Assembly: GCA_965116875.1 (NCBI GenBank)
Contig: OZ220733.1
Location: 2,816,001 to 2,880,000, forward strand
Direction: 5' to 3'
DNA length: 64,000 nucleotides
From: Candidatus Latescibacterota bacterium
GTDB lineage: Bacteria > Latescibacterota > UBA2968 > GCA-2709665
Numbering within the stretch: the first letter of the stretch is position 1; each line of letters begins with the position of its first letter. The position numbers were made by a program, and so were the translations under genes. The notes under the pieces were generated by a model, which saw only the letters and a list, made by a program, of their open reading frames with translations, searched no databases and was not told the DNA's origin. Below are positions 39,159-49,213 of the stretch, one piece after another.

Positions 39159-41879
39159 GTGAGCATTTCGTGGGATTGGCCAGGGTCTCGCTGGTGGCGC
39201 GTCGATCTTCATACGCATTCGCCCGCGTCATACGATTTCGGAAGTCAAAAGGATAGAGAGCTATCTGATTGGAGACGTTGGATTGAATCAGCGCGTGATG
39301 CCGGGCTTGATGCTGTAGCTGTTTCGGATCACAACACGGTCGCTGGCATTTCAGAATTGCAGCAAGCCGCTGAATGCGTTGAGAATGCCCCGGTCATTTT
39401 CCCTGGTGTGGAGCTCACTGCAGGCGATGGTGTCCACCTGCTCTTGTTAATGGATCCAGCCCGCTCGCACCGGCACGTAGGAGAATTCCTAGCCCGAGTC
39501 GACGTTCCGGTGAGCCAACAAGGGAGCAAGACCGCGCGTTCTCCACTTAGCGTTGAGCAGATTCTCGGTAAATGTGGGGAAGATACGCTTTTAGTCGGAG
39601 CCCATGTCAACGCCGAAAATGGACTCCTCGAAAAACACGAAGGCGAACAGCGAATCGCTGTGCTGAACCATGTGAATTTAGCCGCCGTTGAAGTCGACCC
39701 AGAGAAAGATATCGACGAGACCTGGATTGATGGAACAAAGGGTTCGGTAAGACGAAGGGTCTCGCAGATTTGGTCATCGGACGCACATAGTTTTGAAAAC
39801 TTGGGCAAGCGCTTTACGTGGGTGAAAATGACCCGGCCTGATCTGGAGGGGCTTCGCCTAGCATTAATGGATGGCGCCTCATCATTAATGCCATCGGCCA
39901 AGGACAGCACGGCTAATCCCAATTCCCATGCGGCTTTGTCAATTGAAAGTCTAACTGCCCACGACGGCAGATATATAGGGCGGCCGTCTAAGACTACCGT
40001 TGCTTTCAACCCGTGGCTGAATGCAGTCATCGGCGGAAGGGGAACGGGAAAGTCTACGATTATTGACTTCTGTCGTAAGACTCTCCGCCGTGAAGGTGAA
40101 CTCGATGGTAGTGTCCAAAGTGAAGATGGTTCGCTGAGACATATATTTGATCGCCGCATGCGTGTACCTAGATCTCACGGTGAGGAAGGACTACTAACCG
40201 ATGATACGCGCGTGGAGCTTGTTTACCGTAAGGACGGTGAGCGTTATTTACTTTGTTGGAGTGAGAGTGGAGATGCCCAACCTATTGCCCGCTTGGATGG
40301 GGATACGCAATTTCCCGAAGAAGGCGACATTGGCGAACGATTTCCGGTGCGCATCTACAGCCAGAAACAGCTTTTTGCGCTCGCCCAAGATCCGAACGCA
40401 CTGCTGACAGTTATCGACAACAGCCAGGACGTCCGAGGTGATGAGCAACGCAGGATGATCGAGCATCTTGGAAACCAATACTTGTCTCTGCGTTCTCAAG
40501 CTCGTGCTGCACTGACTCAAGCGAACGAACTTCCTGCCCGCAGAGCGTCTCTTGAGGATGTTCGACGCAAGCTTGATGTACTTGAAGGAGGCGGGCAAGT
40601 GCAGGTACTACATGAATACCGAAAGCGACGCCAGCAGGACGAAACCTGGCGTGCGATTCGCGATGCGGCTTTGCAAGCTGTCGAGTCGGTTGCTGAAAGA
40701 GCGAGTGAGCTTTCTGTGGCCGATCTTCACTTTGAAGCCAGAATTGAGGAAGATCATGCACAAGAAAGTCTCGTTCGGGCACACGAAGCACTGCGGCGGA
40801 CAGTCGAGAATTTGGGACAAGGAGTGTTGTCCAGCGTCGATAAAGCGCGAAAAGAAATTCGAGACATTGCCGATGGTGAGGATATCCGGCAATGGCGTGC
40901 AGCAGTGGAATTCAGCGAGCACGAATTTGAGCAAGTAATGGCTCAACTTGATAAAGAAGGCATCTCTGATCCAAACGAATACACCGACCTGCTTGAGAAC
41001 GCGACCAGGATCGAGAGAGAAATCGAGAAACTAGAGAACAGGCAAGTCCAAGCAGAGGAGTTTGATCAAAAGGCCACCTCGACCCTAGACGAATACCGGG
41101 CACGTCGCCGCGAGTTAAGTGACAGGCGCAAGAGTTTCGCGGAGGGCACGTCTGGAGAGAACATTCGAATCGAAATAAACGAGCACGCGAACCATGGAAA
41201 TCTCGCGGAAGATCTAACTGAAATCTTGGGTATTGGGAGATTCGAGAGCGACCGACGATATTTGGCAAATCGGATTCGGCCTCAACAGGATCATACGTGG
41301 AACTGGGATGATCTTGACGCTGTAGTTGATGAGATGCGCCAGCTTCTATCGGGAGACCTTGACTATTGGCCAGCGAAAGATCACCGTTTCGAGTCAGTTG
41401 TAAGGAAACTTCCACCCGAAAGGATTGACCGCCTTGCGTTGTATCTACCGGAAGACTCTGTAAACGTCACTTTCAGAGATCGTACCGGAAGTGATTGGAC
41501 TCCTCTTACTCAAGGATCACCGGGTCAACAGACCGCTGCGCTTTTGGCTTTCGTTCTCGGCTATGGCATAGAACCTATTGTTCTGGATCAACCTGAGGAT
41601 GATTTGGATAACACGCTGATTTACGAACTTCTGGTAAATAGACTTCGTGAGACTAAGACCAAACGTCAGGTTGTTGTCGTCACTCACAATCCGAATATCG
41701 TCGTACATGGCGATGCCGAACTCGTTCTCTCACTTGAAGCTAGGTATGGCCAGAGTCACATTGTCTGCGCGGGTGGCCTACAGGAGGGTACCGTTCGAGA
41801 CGAAATCTGTCGGGTTATGGAGGGTGGCAGGGAGGCATTCGAGACACGATACCACAGGATAATCCCACACGGACACTGA
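39159..41879 (+). CDS. PHP phosphoesterase + SMC/ABC ATPase fusion (TrlF/Ppl-like)
   Basis: DLHTHSP, DHN, GVE, SDAH; GGRGTGKST, coiled coil, SPGQ, LDQPEDDLD, VTHN. Confidence 0.88.
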   Translation: MSISWDWPGSRWWRVDLHTHSPASYDFGSQKDRELSDWRRWIESARDAGLDAVAVSDHNTVAGISELQQAAECVENAPVIFPGVELTAGDGVHLLLLMDPARSHRHVGEFLARVDVPVSQQGSKTARSPLSVEQILGKCGEDTLLVGAHVNAENGLLEKHEGEQRIAVLNHVNLAAVEVDPEKDIDETWIDGTKGSVRRRVSQIWSSDAHSFENLGKRFTWVKMTRPDLEGLRLALMDGASSLMPSAKDSTANPNSHAALSIESLTAHDGRYIGRPSKTTVAFNPWLNAVIGGRGTGKSTIIDFCRKTLRREGELDGSVQSEDGSLRHIFDRRMRVPRSHGEEGLLTDDTRVELVYRKDGERYLLCWSESGDAQPIARLDGDTQFPEEGDIGERFPVRIYSQKQLFALAQDPNALLTVIDNSQDVRGDEQRRMIEHLGNQYLSLRSQARAALTQANELPARRASLEDVRRKLDVLEGGGQVQVLHEYRKRRQQDETWRAIRDAALQAVESVAERASELSVADLHFEARIEEDHAQESLVRAHEALRRTVENLGQGVLSSVDKARKEIRDIADGEDIRQWRAAVEFSEHEFEQVMAQLDKEGISDPNEYTDLLENATRIEREIEKLENRQVQAEEFDQKATSTLDEYRARRRELSDRRKSFAEGTSGENIRIEINEHANHGNLAEDLTEILGIGRFESDRRYLANRIRPQQDHTWNWDDLDAVVDEMRQLLSGDLDYWPAKDHRFESVVRKLPPERIDRLALYLPEDSVNVTFRDRTGSDWTPLTQGSPGQQTAALLAFVLGYGIEPIVLDQPEDDLDNTLIYELLVNRLRETKTKRQVVVVTHNPNIVVHGDAELVLSLEARYGQSHIVCAGGLQEGTVRDEICRVMEGGREAFETRYHRIIPHGH

Positions 41880-41883
41880 AACC

Positions 41884-43116
41884 ATGCTGGATCCCGACGA
41901 CATAGTGCGCCGTGTTCGACTCGGCGAGGACTCCACGTTGGAACTAAAGCGGGTTCTAATGTCTCGTCTCAAGGTAACTGCGCCGAAACGAGACGAATTT
42001 GCCGACGAATTGGCTAGCATGGCAAACAGCCGAGGTGGAATCGTGATATTGGGTGTTGACGACAAAAGTCGCGACATTCTGGGTATACCGGTTGGCAGAT
42101 TGGACTCTCTGGAGGCATGGGTTCGCGAAATCTGTAACGACTCGGTGAAACCCGCACTTGATGTAACTATTACAAAGGTCGAACTACCCAACTCTGACGG
42201 CCGTTTTGTCGCGGTAATTTGCGTTGAGATCGACCGAAGCTTGTTTGTACACCGGAGCCCGGGGGGGTATTACCGTAGAATTGGGAGTTCCAAGCGTGAA
42301 ATGCCGCCCGAGGCGCTAGCCCGCCTCTTGCAGGAACGAAGTCAAAGTCGCGTAATTCGATTTGATGAATCCTCGGTTCCTGGAACAACACCTGAAGACT
42401 TAGATGGGTCTTTGACGTGGCGATTCTTGCGCGAGGGCATCTCGCCATCCGCGAATACCTTGCGCAAACTTAGGATTGTCGCCGAGGATGAAGACTCTGC
42501 CGACAGGATAACCGTAGCCGGAGTATTGTTGTGTACTCATGAACCGGTACAATGGTTACCACATGCACATATTCAGGCAGTCAGTTACATGGGGGAGCGG
42601 CGAGACGTAAACTATCAGAACGATGCTCGTGACTTCAATGGCCCGCTTGATGAGCAGATTTTCGAAGCATTGCACTTCGTACGCCGCAATATGCGCGTCG
42701 CGGCAGCGAAAAGTTTGGGTCGTGTAGACCAACCTCAATTTAGCGAACGCGCTGTATTTGAAGCCCTCGTCAACGCCGTCGCGCACCGCGACTACTCTAT
42801 CGGAGGTGCAAGAGTGCGGCTACACATGTTCGGTAACCGAATCGAGCTTTACGTCCCCGGAAACCTCGCGAACACCCTTACGCCGGACAGTATGGTCCTT
42901 AGACAATACAGCAGAAATGAACTCGTTGTGTCTCTGTTGGCGCGCTGTCCAGTTCCTCGCGCACGCGAAGATTTGGGAAGGTCGCATATAATGGATCGGA
43001 GGGGTGATGGAGTACCCATCATTCTCAACGATAGCCTGGAATTGTCCGGTCGCCGACCCGAATACACACTAATTGATGATAGCGAATTACGGCTCGTGAT
43101 CTGGGCGGCAGCATAG
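41884..43116 (+). CDS. AlbA_2/Schlafen domain + RecG-C/HATPase_c_4 protein
   Basis: GEDSTLELK, MANSRGG..ILGVDD, EALVNAVAHRDY, SRNEL. Confidence 0.88.
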   Translation: MLDPDDIVRRVRLGEDSTLELKRVLMSRLKVTAPKRDEFADELASMANSRGGIVILGVDDKSRDILGIPVGRLDSLEAWVREICNDSVKPALDVTITKVELPNSDGRFVAVICVEIDRSLFVHRSPGGYYRRIGSSKREMPPEALARLLQERSQSRVIRFDESSVPGTTPEDLDGSLTWRFLREGISPSANTLRKLRIVAEDEDSADRITVAGVLLCTHEPVQWLPHAHIQAVSYMGERRDVNYQNDARDFNGPLDEQIFEALHFVRRNMRVAAAKSLGRVDQPQFSERAVFEALVNAVAHRDYSIGGARVRLHMFGNRIELYVPGNLANTLTPDSMVLRQYSRNELVVSLLARCPVPRAREDLGRSHIMDRRGDGVPIILNDSLELSGRRPEYTLIDDSELRLVIWAAA

Positions 43117-43161
43117 ACGGGCTCAAATGGCGTCTCTGAGACCTTCAGACGAATTTACCAA

Positions 43162-43599
43162 CTAAAAATATCCACCATCGGCTTTACAAGAAAACCCGCG
43201 CGCCGTTTTTTCGATCTGCTTCTCGAGTCCAGCGCCAGGCGTGTTGTGGACGTGCGGCTCAACAATGGGTCTCAACTCGCCGGTTTTGCAAAGAAGGACG
43301 ACCTCGCGTATTTTCTGGGCGAACTCTGCGAGACGGATTACGTTCACGTGCCCGAATTGGCGCCGACGAAGGAGTTGCTGGACGATTACAGGAAGCGGCG
43401 TTGCGATTGGGCAGCCTATGAGGACCGATTCAATGCGCTGATGCGTAAACGGCGGATCGAAGAGACCGTTTCGAAAGAGATTGTCGCCGACGGGTGCCTG
43501 CTGTGCAGCGAGGATAAGCCCCATCGGTGCCATCGACGGCTTGTAGCCGAGTACCTGAAACAACAGTGGGGCGACGTCGAGATTGTCCATCTCGGATAG
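43162..43599 (+). CDS. DUF488 family protein lacking a canonical start codon (possible pseudogene)
   Basis: KISTIGFTRK..VVDVR..LAP..LLCSE..CHRRLVAE; the expected Met position is CTA (43162). Confidence 0.7.
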   Translation, partial: LKISTIGFTRKPARRFFDLLLESSARRVVDVRLNNGSQLAGFAKKDDLAYFLGELCETDYVHVPELAPTKELLDDYRKRRCDWAAYEDRFNALMRKRRIEETVSKEIVADGCLLCSEDKPHRCHRRLVAEYLKQQWGDVEIVHLG

Positions 43600-43609
43600 G
43601 TAGTATCGA

Positions 43610-43936
43610 ATGAACCTACCTGCCTCGGAGACGTTCATACCGATCATGGTGGAGCGCATCGTCGCGCGCTTCGACCCCTATCGCGTGATCCTGTTCGGTT
43701 CGCATGCGCGAGATACAAACGTCAAGTGGAGCGACGTGGATTTCCTGGTCGTGCTGCCGGACGGCACAGATCGTCATCATGCAGCCGTCGAGATTCATCG
43801 GACGTTGGGCGATTTGCCCGTGGCCAAGGACGTTTTCGTAACCACTCCTGAGGAGATCGACCGTCGAGGTCACGTCGTCGGTAGTGTGCTGTACGCGGCG
43901 CTTCGAGAGGGCAAAGCCGTCTACGAGCGACCCTGA
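43610..43936 (+). CDS. Minimal nucleotidyltransferase (MNT antitoxin type)
   Basis: ILFGSHAR....SDVDFLVV. Confidence 0.85.
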   Translation: MNLPASETFIPIMVERIVARFDPYRVILFGSHARDTNVKWSDVDFLVVLPDGTDRHHAAVEIHRTLGDLPVAKDVFVTTPEEIDRRGHVVGSVLYAALREGKAVYERP

Positions 43937-43975
43937 ACGCATTCTTGTAGCGTGAAGACCTGGAACCCATCAGCA
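43923..43975 (+). pseudogene. Possible relic of the cognate HEPN gene
   Basis: ACG-AGC-GAC-CCT-GAA (T/M-SDPE) overlaps the MNT stop; an REDL-encoding stretch follows in a shifted frame. Confidence 0.35.
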
Positions 43976-44032
43976 GCAAGTCGATATCGAGCCAACATTG
44001 ATATCTCCCATCTTCGATGAGGAAAAAGGACC

Positions 44033-47000
44033 ATGGCAGTAACCAACCGTGAGCGCGTTGGAAAGGCGCTCGATCTATTGAAAGCTGGGCTCGGTCCATT
44101 CGCCGATCGCGAAGTCAAGAATGCAATCAAAGCGAAGCGACTGGATCAATACGGTTTCCATAATTTCCCGGATGACCCGAAACTCAAGGGAAAGTCTGTC
44201 ACGGAGTGGGACGCGTCCGCGCTGCTGAAGTTGATGTGGGACACATGGAACGACGTATTCAGATACACGCTCGGACATACAGACCGCAGTCTTGTCTCCG
44301 AACTGCGCGATTGGCGCAACAAGTGGGCACACCAGGAGCATTTTTCAAGCGACGATACGGACCGGACGCTCGACTCCGCGGAGCGGCTGCTGACTGCGGT
44401 ATCGGCATCTCAGGCGGGCGAAGTGAATCGTGTGAAGATGGAGCTTCGCCGCCTGGTGATGGATGAGCAGGTAAGGGGAGAAAAACGCAAGGCTGCGGGT
44501 ACGCTCATCGAGTCCTCGGGCGGCGGCGTATTGAAGCCCTGGCGCGAGGTGGCGATGCCGCACAATGACGTGGCCACGGGCGGGTACCAGCAGGCGGAGT
44601 TCGCCGCGGATCTGTGGCAGGTGCATCTCGGAGAGGGCTCGGATGAGTACCGAGACCCTCAGGAGTTCTTCCGTCGCACGTATCTCACCGAGAGTCTGAG
44701 ACGTCTGCTCGAAGGCGCGGCGAGGAGGCTGGCTGGCAAGGGTGGCGATCCAGTTGTACAGTTGCAGACCAACTTCGGCGGGGGCAAGACACATTCCATG
44801 CTTGGGCTTTACCACCTGTTTTCCGGAACGGCGCCCGGAAAGCTTGAGGGGATGGAAGAGGTGCTGGCGGGCGCGGCAGTCGAGAAACTCCCATCGGTAC
44901 TGCGCGTGGTGCTGGTTGGAAACCGCATATCGCCGGGGAATCCGGATAAAAAACCGGACGGTACAGTCGTACGGACGTTGTGGGGCGAACTGGCGTACCA
45001 GCTTGGCGGTCGTGACGCATTCGAGCGGGTCCGGGCTGACGACGAACAGGCGACGAATCCCGGTGATGCGTTGCGCGAGCTTCTGATCGAATACGGGCCT
45101 TGCGTAGTGCTCATCGACGAATGGGTATCCTACGCAAGGCAACTCCACGATGAAGGCGACCTGCCCGCAGGCACTTTTGAGACCCAGTTTACCTTCGCAC
45201 AGGCTCTCACCGAATCGGTTAAGCTCACGGGCAACTGCCTGCTGGTGATTTCGCTTCCGGCTTCGGACACGTCGGATTCGAGTTCACCGCATACCGGGGC
45301 TGACGATGCGGAGGTGGGCGGGATTCGTGGCCGAAGCGCCCTCGATCGCCTGCGCAATGTACTCGGTCGGGTGGATTCACCCTGGCGTCCTGCGAGCGCA
45401 GAGGAGAGTTTCGAGATCGTCCGCCGACGGCTTTTCGAACCGCTCGCGGGGACGGACGCATACAAGCAGCGCGACCTGACGGTGCGGGGCTTCGCGGAAC
45501 TCTATCGATTGCAGCAGGTGGAGTTTCCAACTGACTGCCGGACGATGGACTACCAGCGCCGCATTCAGGCCGCGTACCCCATCCATCCGGAAATATTCGA
45601 CCGGCTATACTCGGACTGGTCCGCGCTGGCCGGATTCCAGCGAACCCGCGGCGTCTTGCGATTGATGGCTGCGGTCATCCATAGCCTGTGGGAGAGTGGA
45701 GACCGCAATCCGTTGATTCTGCCCTCCACGATTCCCATTGACGATCAGCGCGTCCAAAATGAACTGACGCGGTACCTGCCGGAAAACTGGACGCCGGTTA
45801 TCGAGAAAGACGTCGACGGTCTTGGCGCCTTGCCGCTCAGGATCGACGCCGAGACGCCGAACCTGGGGAAACTCTCTGCGGCTCGGCGCGTGGCGCGTAC
45901 TGTCTATATCGGCTCCGCGCCGACCTCGGCTGCGGCCCACCGGGGGATCGATGATACCCGCGTCAAACTCGGATGCGTGATGCCGGGGGAGGCGCCAGCC
46001 TTATTTGGCGACGCACTACGCCGGTTGGCGGCGGCGGCAACCTATTTGTATCAGGACAGCGCCCGGGTGTGGTATGCCACGCAGCCCACCGTCACCAAAC
46101 TGGCCGAAGACCGGGCAGAGCAGTTGAAGGGACAATCCGACGAGGTGGCGGCTGAACTGGAAAAGCGACTTAAAGCGGATCTACGGACACAGGGCGACTT
46201 CGAGCGTATCCATCCAATGCCGCAATCGGGGGCTGACGTGCCCGACGATCTGGACGCGCGGCTCGTGGTACTCTCGGCAGAGCAACCGTATTCCAGAGAG
46301 TCGGACAATGCGGCCGAGGTCGCCGCAAAGGCAATCCTGGAAATGCGCGGGAATACGCCGAGGCTCTACCGGAATTCGCTGGTTTTCCTCGCGGTGGACA
46401 GGGTGCGGTGGCAGGACCTGGACGAAGCCCTGCGCCGGTATCTTGCGTGGGAATCGATCCTCCGGGACAAGGTCGAGTTGAACCTGGATCCACACCAGGC
46501 GCGCCAGGCCGAAAACCAGAGGAATGCGGCTGATGACACCGTCACGGCGCGACTTCCGGAAGCATATCAATGGTTACTGGTGCCGGAACAGTCAAATCCA
46601 CAGTCGTCGATGTCATGGAATGCCATCCGACTGACCGCATCGGGAGGGCTTGCAGAACGCGCTTCGAAGCGTCTGCGCAGCGACGAGATGCTGATTTCAT
46701 CGCTTGGCGCTACGATTTTGCGAAAACATCTTGACGATGTCCCGCTCTGGCGTGGCGATCACGTGGAAATTCGGCAACTCGTTCAGGATTTCGGGCAGTT
46801 TCTATATCTTCCACGGCTGGCGGGTCCGGACGTCCTCACACGTGCGATTCAGGACGGCGTGGGACTGCTTACCTGGAAGCTCGATAGTTTTGCCTACGCT
46901 GAAAGCTACAAGGAGGCGGAGAATCGTTATCTTGGGCTACGAGTGCAGGAGTCGGTCACCATTACGCCCGAAAGCAGTGCGCTTGTCGTAAAACCGGAGG

Positions 47001-47359
47001 TTACGGCGGAGCAGTTGAGAGTAGAACAGACTCCGGAAACCGCAGGGGAGACTCCCGGCCAGCCTGGCGTTCAAGTTCCCGGGGTAGACCCGGCGCCAAC
47101 ACCCCCGGAACCACCCACGCCGAAACCCCGTCGATACCATGGCGCTGTGACGCTGAACGCCCAGCGGGTGGGTCGCGACGCAAGCCAAATCGCCGATGAG
47201 GTGATCGCGCATCTGTCCGGCATCGTGGGCTCCGAGGTTAGCGTCACACTTGAAATCCATGCGGAGATACCGGACGGCGCCCCGGAGAACGTGGTGCGTA
47301 CCGTCACGGAGAACAGCCAGACGCTGAAGTTTGAGAGCCACGGGTTTGAGGAGTCGTAG
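44033..47359 (+). CDS. DUF499 AAA+ ATPase with N-terminal Swt1-like HEPN domain
   Basis: RNKWAH (Rx4H), KPWRE..PH.DV, EFAADL, FFRRTYLT, TNFGGGKTH, LIDEW, YPIHPE. Confidence 0.92.
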   Translation: MAVTNRERVGKALDLLKAGLGPFADREVKNAIKAKRLDQYGFHNFPDDPKLKGKSVTEWDASALLKLMWDTWNDVFRYTLGHTDRSLVSELRDWRNKWAHQEHFSSDDTDRTLDSAERLLTAVSASQAGEVNRVKMELRRLVMDEQVRGEKRKAAGTLIESSGGGVLKPWREVAMPHNDVATGGYQQAEFAADLWQVHLGEGSDEYRDPQEFFRRTYLTESLRRLLEGAARRLAGKGGDPVVQLQTNFGGGKTHSMLGLYHLFSGTAPGKLEGMEEVLAGAAVEKLPSVLRVVLVGNRISPGNPDKKPDGTVVRTLWGELAYQLGGRDAFERVRADDEQATNPGDALRELLIEYGPCVVLIDEWVSYARQLHDEGDLPAGTFETQFTFAQALTESVKLTGNCLLVISLPASDTSDSSSPHTGADDAEVGGIRGRSALDRLRNVLGRVDSPWRPASAEESFEIVRRRLFEPLAGTDAYKQRDLTVRGFAELYRLQQVEFPTDCRTMDYQRRIQAAYPIHPEIFDRLYSDWSALAGFQRTRGVLRLMAAVIHSLWESGDRNPLILPSTIPIDDQRVQNELTRYLPENWTPVIEKDVDGLGALPLRIDAETPNLGKLSAARRVARTVYIGSAPTSAAAHRGIDDTRVKLGCVMPGEAPALFGDALRRLAAAATYLYQDSARVWYATQPTVTKLAEDRAEQLKGQSDEVAAELEKRLKADLRTQGDFERIHPMPQSGADVPDDLDARLVVLSAEQPYSRESDNAAEVAAKAILEMRGNTPRLYRNSLVFLAVDRVRWQDLDEALRRYLAWESILRDKVELNLDPHQARQAENQRNAADDTVTARLPEAYQWLLVPEQSNPQSSMSWNAIRLTASGGLAERASKRLRSDEMLISSLGATILRKHLDDVPLWRGDHVEIRQLVQDFGQFLYLPRLAGPDVLTRAIQDGVGLLTWKLDSFAYAESYKEAENRYLGLRVQESVTITPESSALVVKPEVTAEQLRVEQTPETAGETPGQPGVQVPGVDPAPTPPEPPTPKPRRYHGAVTLNAQRVGRDASQIADEVIAHLSGIVGSEVSVTLEIHAEIPDGAPENVVRTVTENSQTLKFESHGFEES

Positions 47360-47460
47360 GACAAAAAGGATGAAACCTCGGCGATCAGTCGACATCGAAT
47401 GGCTTCGTTGGTCGCTATTGGGCAAAGCCGTGCGATGACATATTATTGGGAGGAAGATCG

Positions 47461-47688
47461 ATGCCAGGGCAAGGTTCGGCCGGTAACGTCCTTGCAGCTT
47501 TGTGTAGCCTAATCGTACCCGGTTTGGGTCAGTTGCTTCAGGGACGGTTCCTGATCGCCCTCATTCAGTTTTGCCTGGCCGCCGTGCTGTGGGTTTTTCT
47601 GTTGGGGTGGCTGATCCACCTTTGGTCGATTCTGGACGCTGCCCGGTGGAAGCCGCCGGATAGTCCAACTCGTGCGGGCGGTCCGTGA
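47461..47688 (+). CDS. Small membrane protein (TM2-like)
   Basis: LAALCSLIVPGLGQ...WLIHLWSILDA; GGAGG RBS. Confidence 0.75.
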   Translation: MPGQGSAGNVLAALCSLIVPGLGQLLQGRFLIALIQFCLAAVLWVFLLGWLIHLWSILDAARWKPPDSPTRAGGP

Positions 47689-47935
47689 TCGAGGCGCTGA
47701 TTAAAGTGGGTGCCTGCAGAAGACGCTGATTGTAGAGTACAAGAGAAGTCCAGGGACGATGTGGGCGGGATGTCCGTGCGGTGGGGGGTGCTATTGGAGT
47801 GCCCCTTTATTTCTTTGATTGGAGAGTGGACTCACACTGAGCTTGCGATTCGCCAGATCGTACGCCATGTGTCCAATTCGTCATCAGAGGGTGCAGTTGT
47901 AAAGCATTGGATTTGTTGAGACCCATTGGTTAGAT

Positions 47936-48085
47936 ATGAAGACGCCTTTGCAAGAACGATCCCAATCGAATTACGGTAAATTGGACCAAAGCGACTCCTG
48001 GAGCGACCAGGATCGAGAGGATCTAGCCTCCGTTTCCTTGCATTACGCGTCGACGCTCTACTCGGAGGAGGAGGACCTTGTTTGA
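47936..48085 (+). CDS. Short acidic ORF, probable antitoxin
   Basis: MKTPLQERSQSNYGKLDQSDSWSDQDREDLASVSLHYASTLYSEEEDLV*, overlapping a PemK-like start. Confidence 0.45.
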   Translation: MKTPLQERSQSNYGKLDQSDSWSDQDREDLASVSLHYASTLYSEEEDLV

Positions 48086-48160
48086 TCCGGGCGACGTAGT
48101 AGTGCTTGACTTTTCTGGCGTTACGGGCGTCAAACGTCGACGGATTGCGGTCATTTCATT
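48078..48160 (+). pseudogene. Truncated PemK/MazF toxin
   Basis: FDPGDVVVLDFSGVTGVKRRRIAVIS matches the PemK N-terminus (GDVV..F....KRRP.VVIS); similarity is lost afterwards. Confidence 0.65.
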
Positions 48161-48317
48161 TCTGGACTCGCCGGCTTCACCAGGTTCATGTCAAGAGCCC
48201 TTAATGCGCTTTTATGATCAGTCGCCTGCTATTCGAGGGCAGGATGGCCTCGATGCGGGGCTCTCGCGTCCCGAAAAGCGACAGCGTAGTTTTACAGGTA
48301 TCCGCGGACACCCATAA

Positions 48318-48477
48318 CAGTCCGTTGAGAAAGTCGCTCTGCAGGCGAGGCCGAGCCAATGTGGTCGAAGACAAGGCGCGCGACCGAGTCCCATCCTTTG
48401 ATTCGGCGAGGGAGCGCAACGCAGTATTTCGACCGCAAGGGCCGGCCGTAGCCCGGATGGACTTTTTCAACGGGCTG
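48318..48477. mobile_element. 160-bp MITE, IS5/IS1182-like ends
   Basis: TIRs CAGTCCGTTGAGAAAGTC / GACTTTTTCAACGGGCTG (16/18 match), flanked by ATAA direct repeats (48314-48317, 48478-48481). Confidence 0.85.
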
Positions 48478-48493
48478 ATAAGGAGAGGATTCC

Positions 48494-48763
48494 ATGTCCA
48501 ATTTCAATTATACGTCAGACGAAGTCGCGTCACGCGGTGAATCTATGTACATAAATCGGATTCGGGACAAGTTGAATCCCGAGTACAAAGGCAAGTACCT
48601 GGTCATTGACGTTGAAACCGGTGCATATGTCATCAACCATGACGACCTGGCGGCCACGAAACAGTTACTTGCCAGCCATCCCGATGCGGTCATCTACGGT
48701 TTACGAATCGGGTATCCGAGCGCCTATCGCATCGGTAGTGGGTCTTCGGAGAACGCACGATGA
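48494..48763 (+). CDS. Small hypothetical (DUF5678-like) partner of the aspartic protease
   Basis: RGE..Y...IR..GKYLVIDVETG.Y..HPDA..RIG; ATGA overlap with the next gene. Confidence 0.7.
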   Translation: MSNFNYTSDEVASRGESMYINRIRDKLNPEYKGKYLVIDVETGAYVINHDDLAATKQLLASHPDAVIYGLRIGYPSAYRIGSGSSENAR

Positions 48764-49131
48764 TTCACGGACGGGTTACGGCTAACCGAGAAGTGATCAT
48801 TGAACTGAAAGTCGTTAGCTCCACTCAGCAAAACGAAGCCGTAGATGCCGTCATCGATACCGGCTTCAACGGCTATCTGACCCTGCCTGCCGATCTGGTC
48901 AAACGCCTGAAACTCCGACCCGCGGGAGATCGGCGCGCTACCCTTGGCGACGGAACGTCGGTGGTGTTGAAAGTGTATCTGGCAAAGGTGATATGGCATA
49001 GCCACGAACGTGAAGTTCTCGTTTTACAAGCAGAAGGCGGACCGTTGATCGGTATGTCGCTGCTCTTCGGAAATCGCATTACGTTGACACTTGTCCGGGG
49101 CGGTGACGTAATCATTGAACCTCTCTTATGA
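48760..49131 (+). CDS. Clan AA (retropepsin-like) aspartic protease
   Basis: AVIDTGFNGYLTLP, LGDG, PLIGMSLL. Confidence 0.88.
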   Translation: MIHGRVTANREVIIELKVVSSTQQNEAVDAVIDTGFNGYLTLPADLVKRLKLRPAGDRRATLGDGTSVVLKVYLAKVIWHSHEREVLVLQAEGGPLIGMSLLFGNRITLTLVRGGDVIIEPLL

Positions 49132-49213
49132 TCCCTCCGGAAGACATGGAGGCGCTGCTGGTAAGTAAAGGGGTCGAGAATAGCGGTTTTCGAATCAAAC
49201 GGAGGAATGAACC

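Noticed and set aside
48188-48312. Possible second IS remnant truncating the PemK gene
   Set aside because: No convincing inverted repeats or transposase-like reading frame
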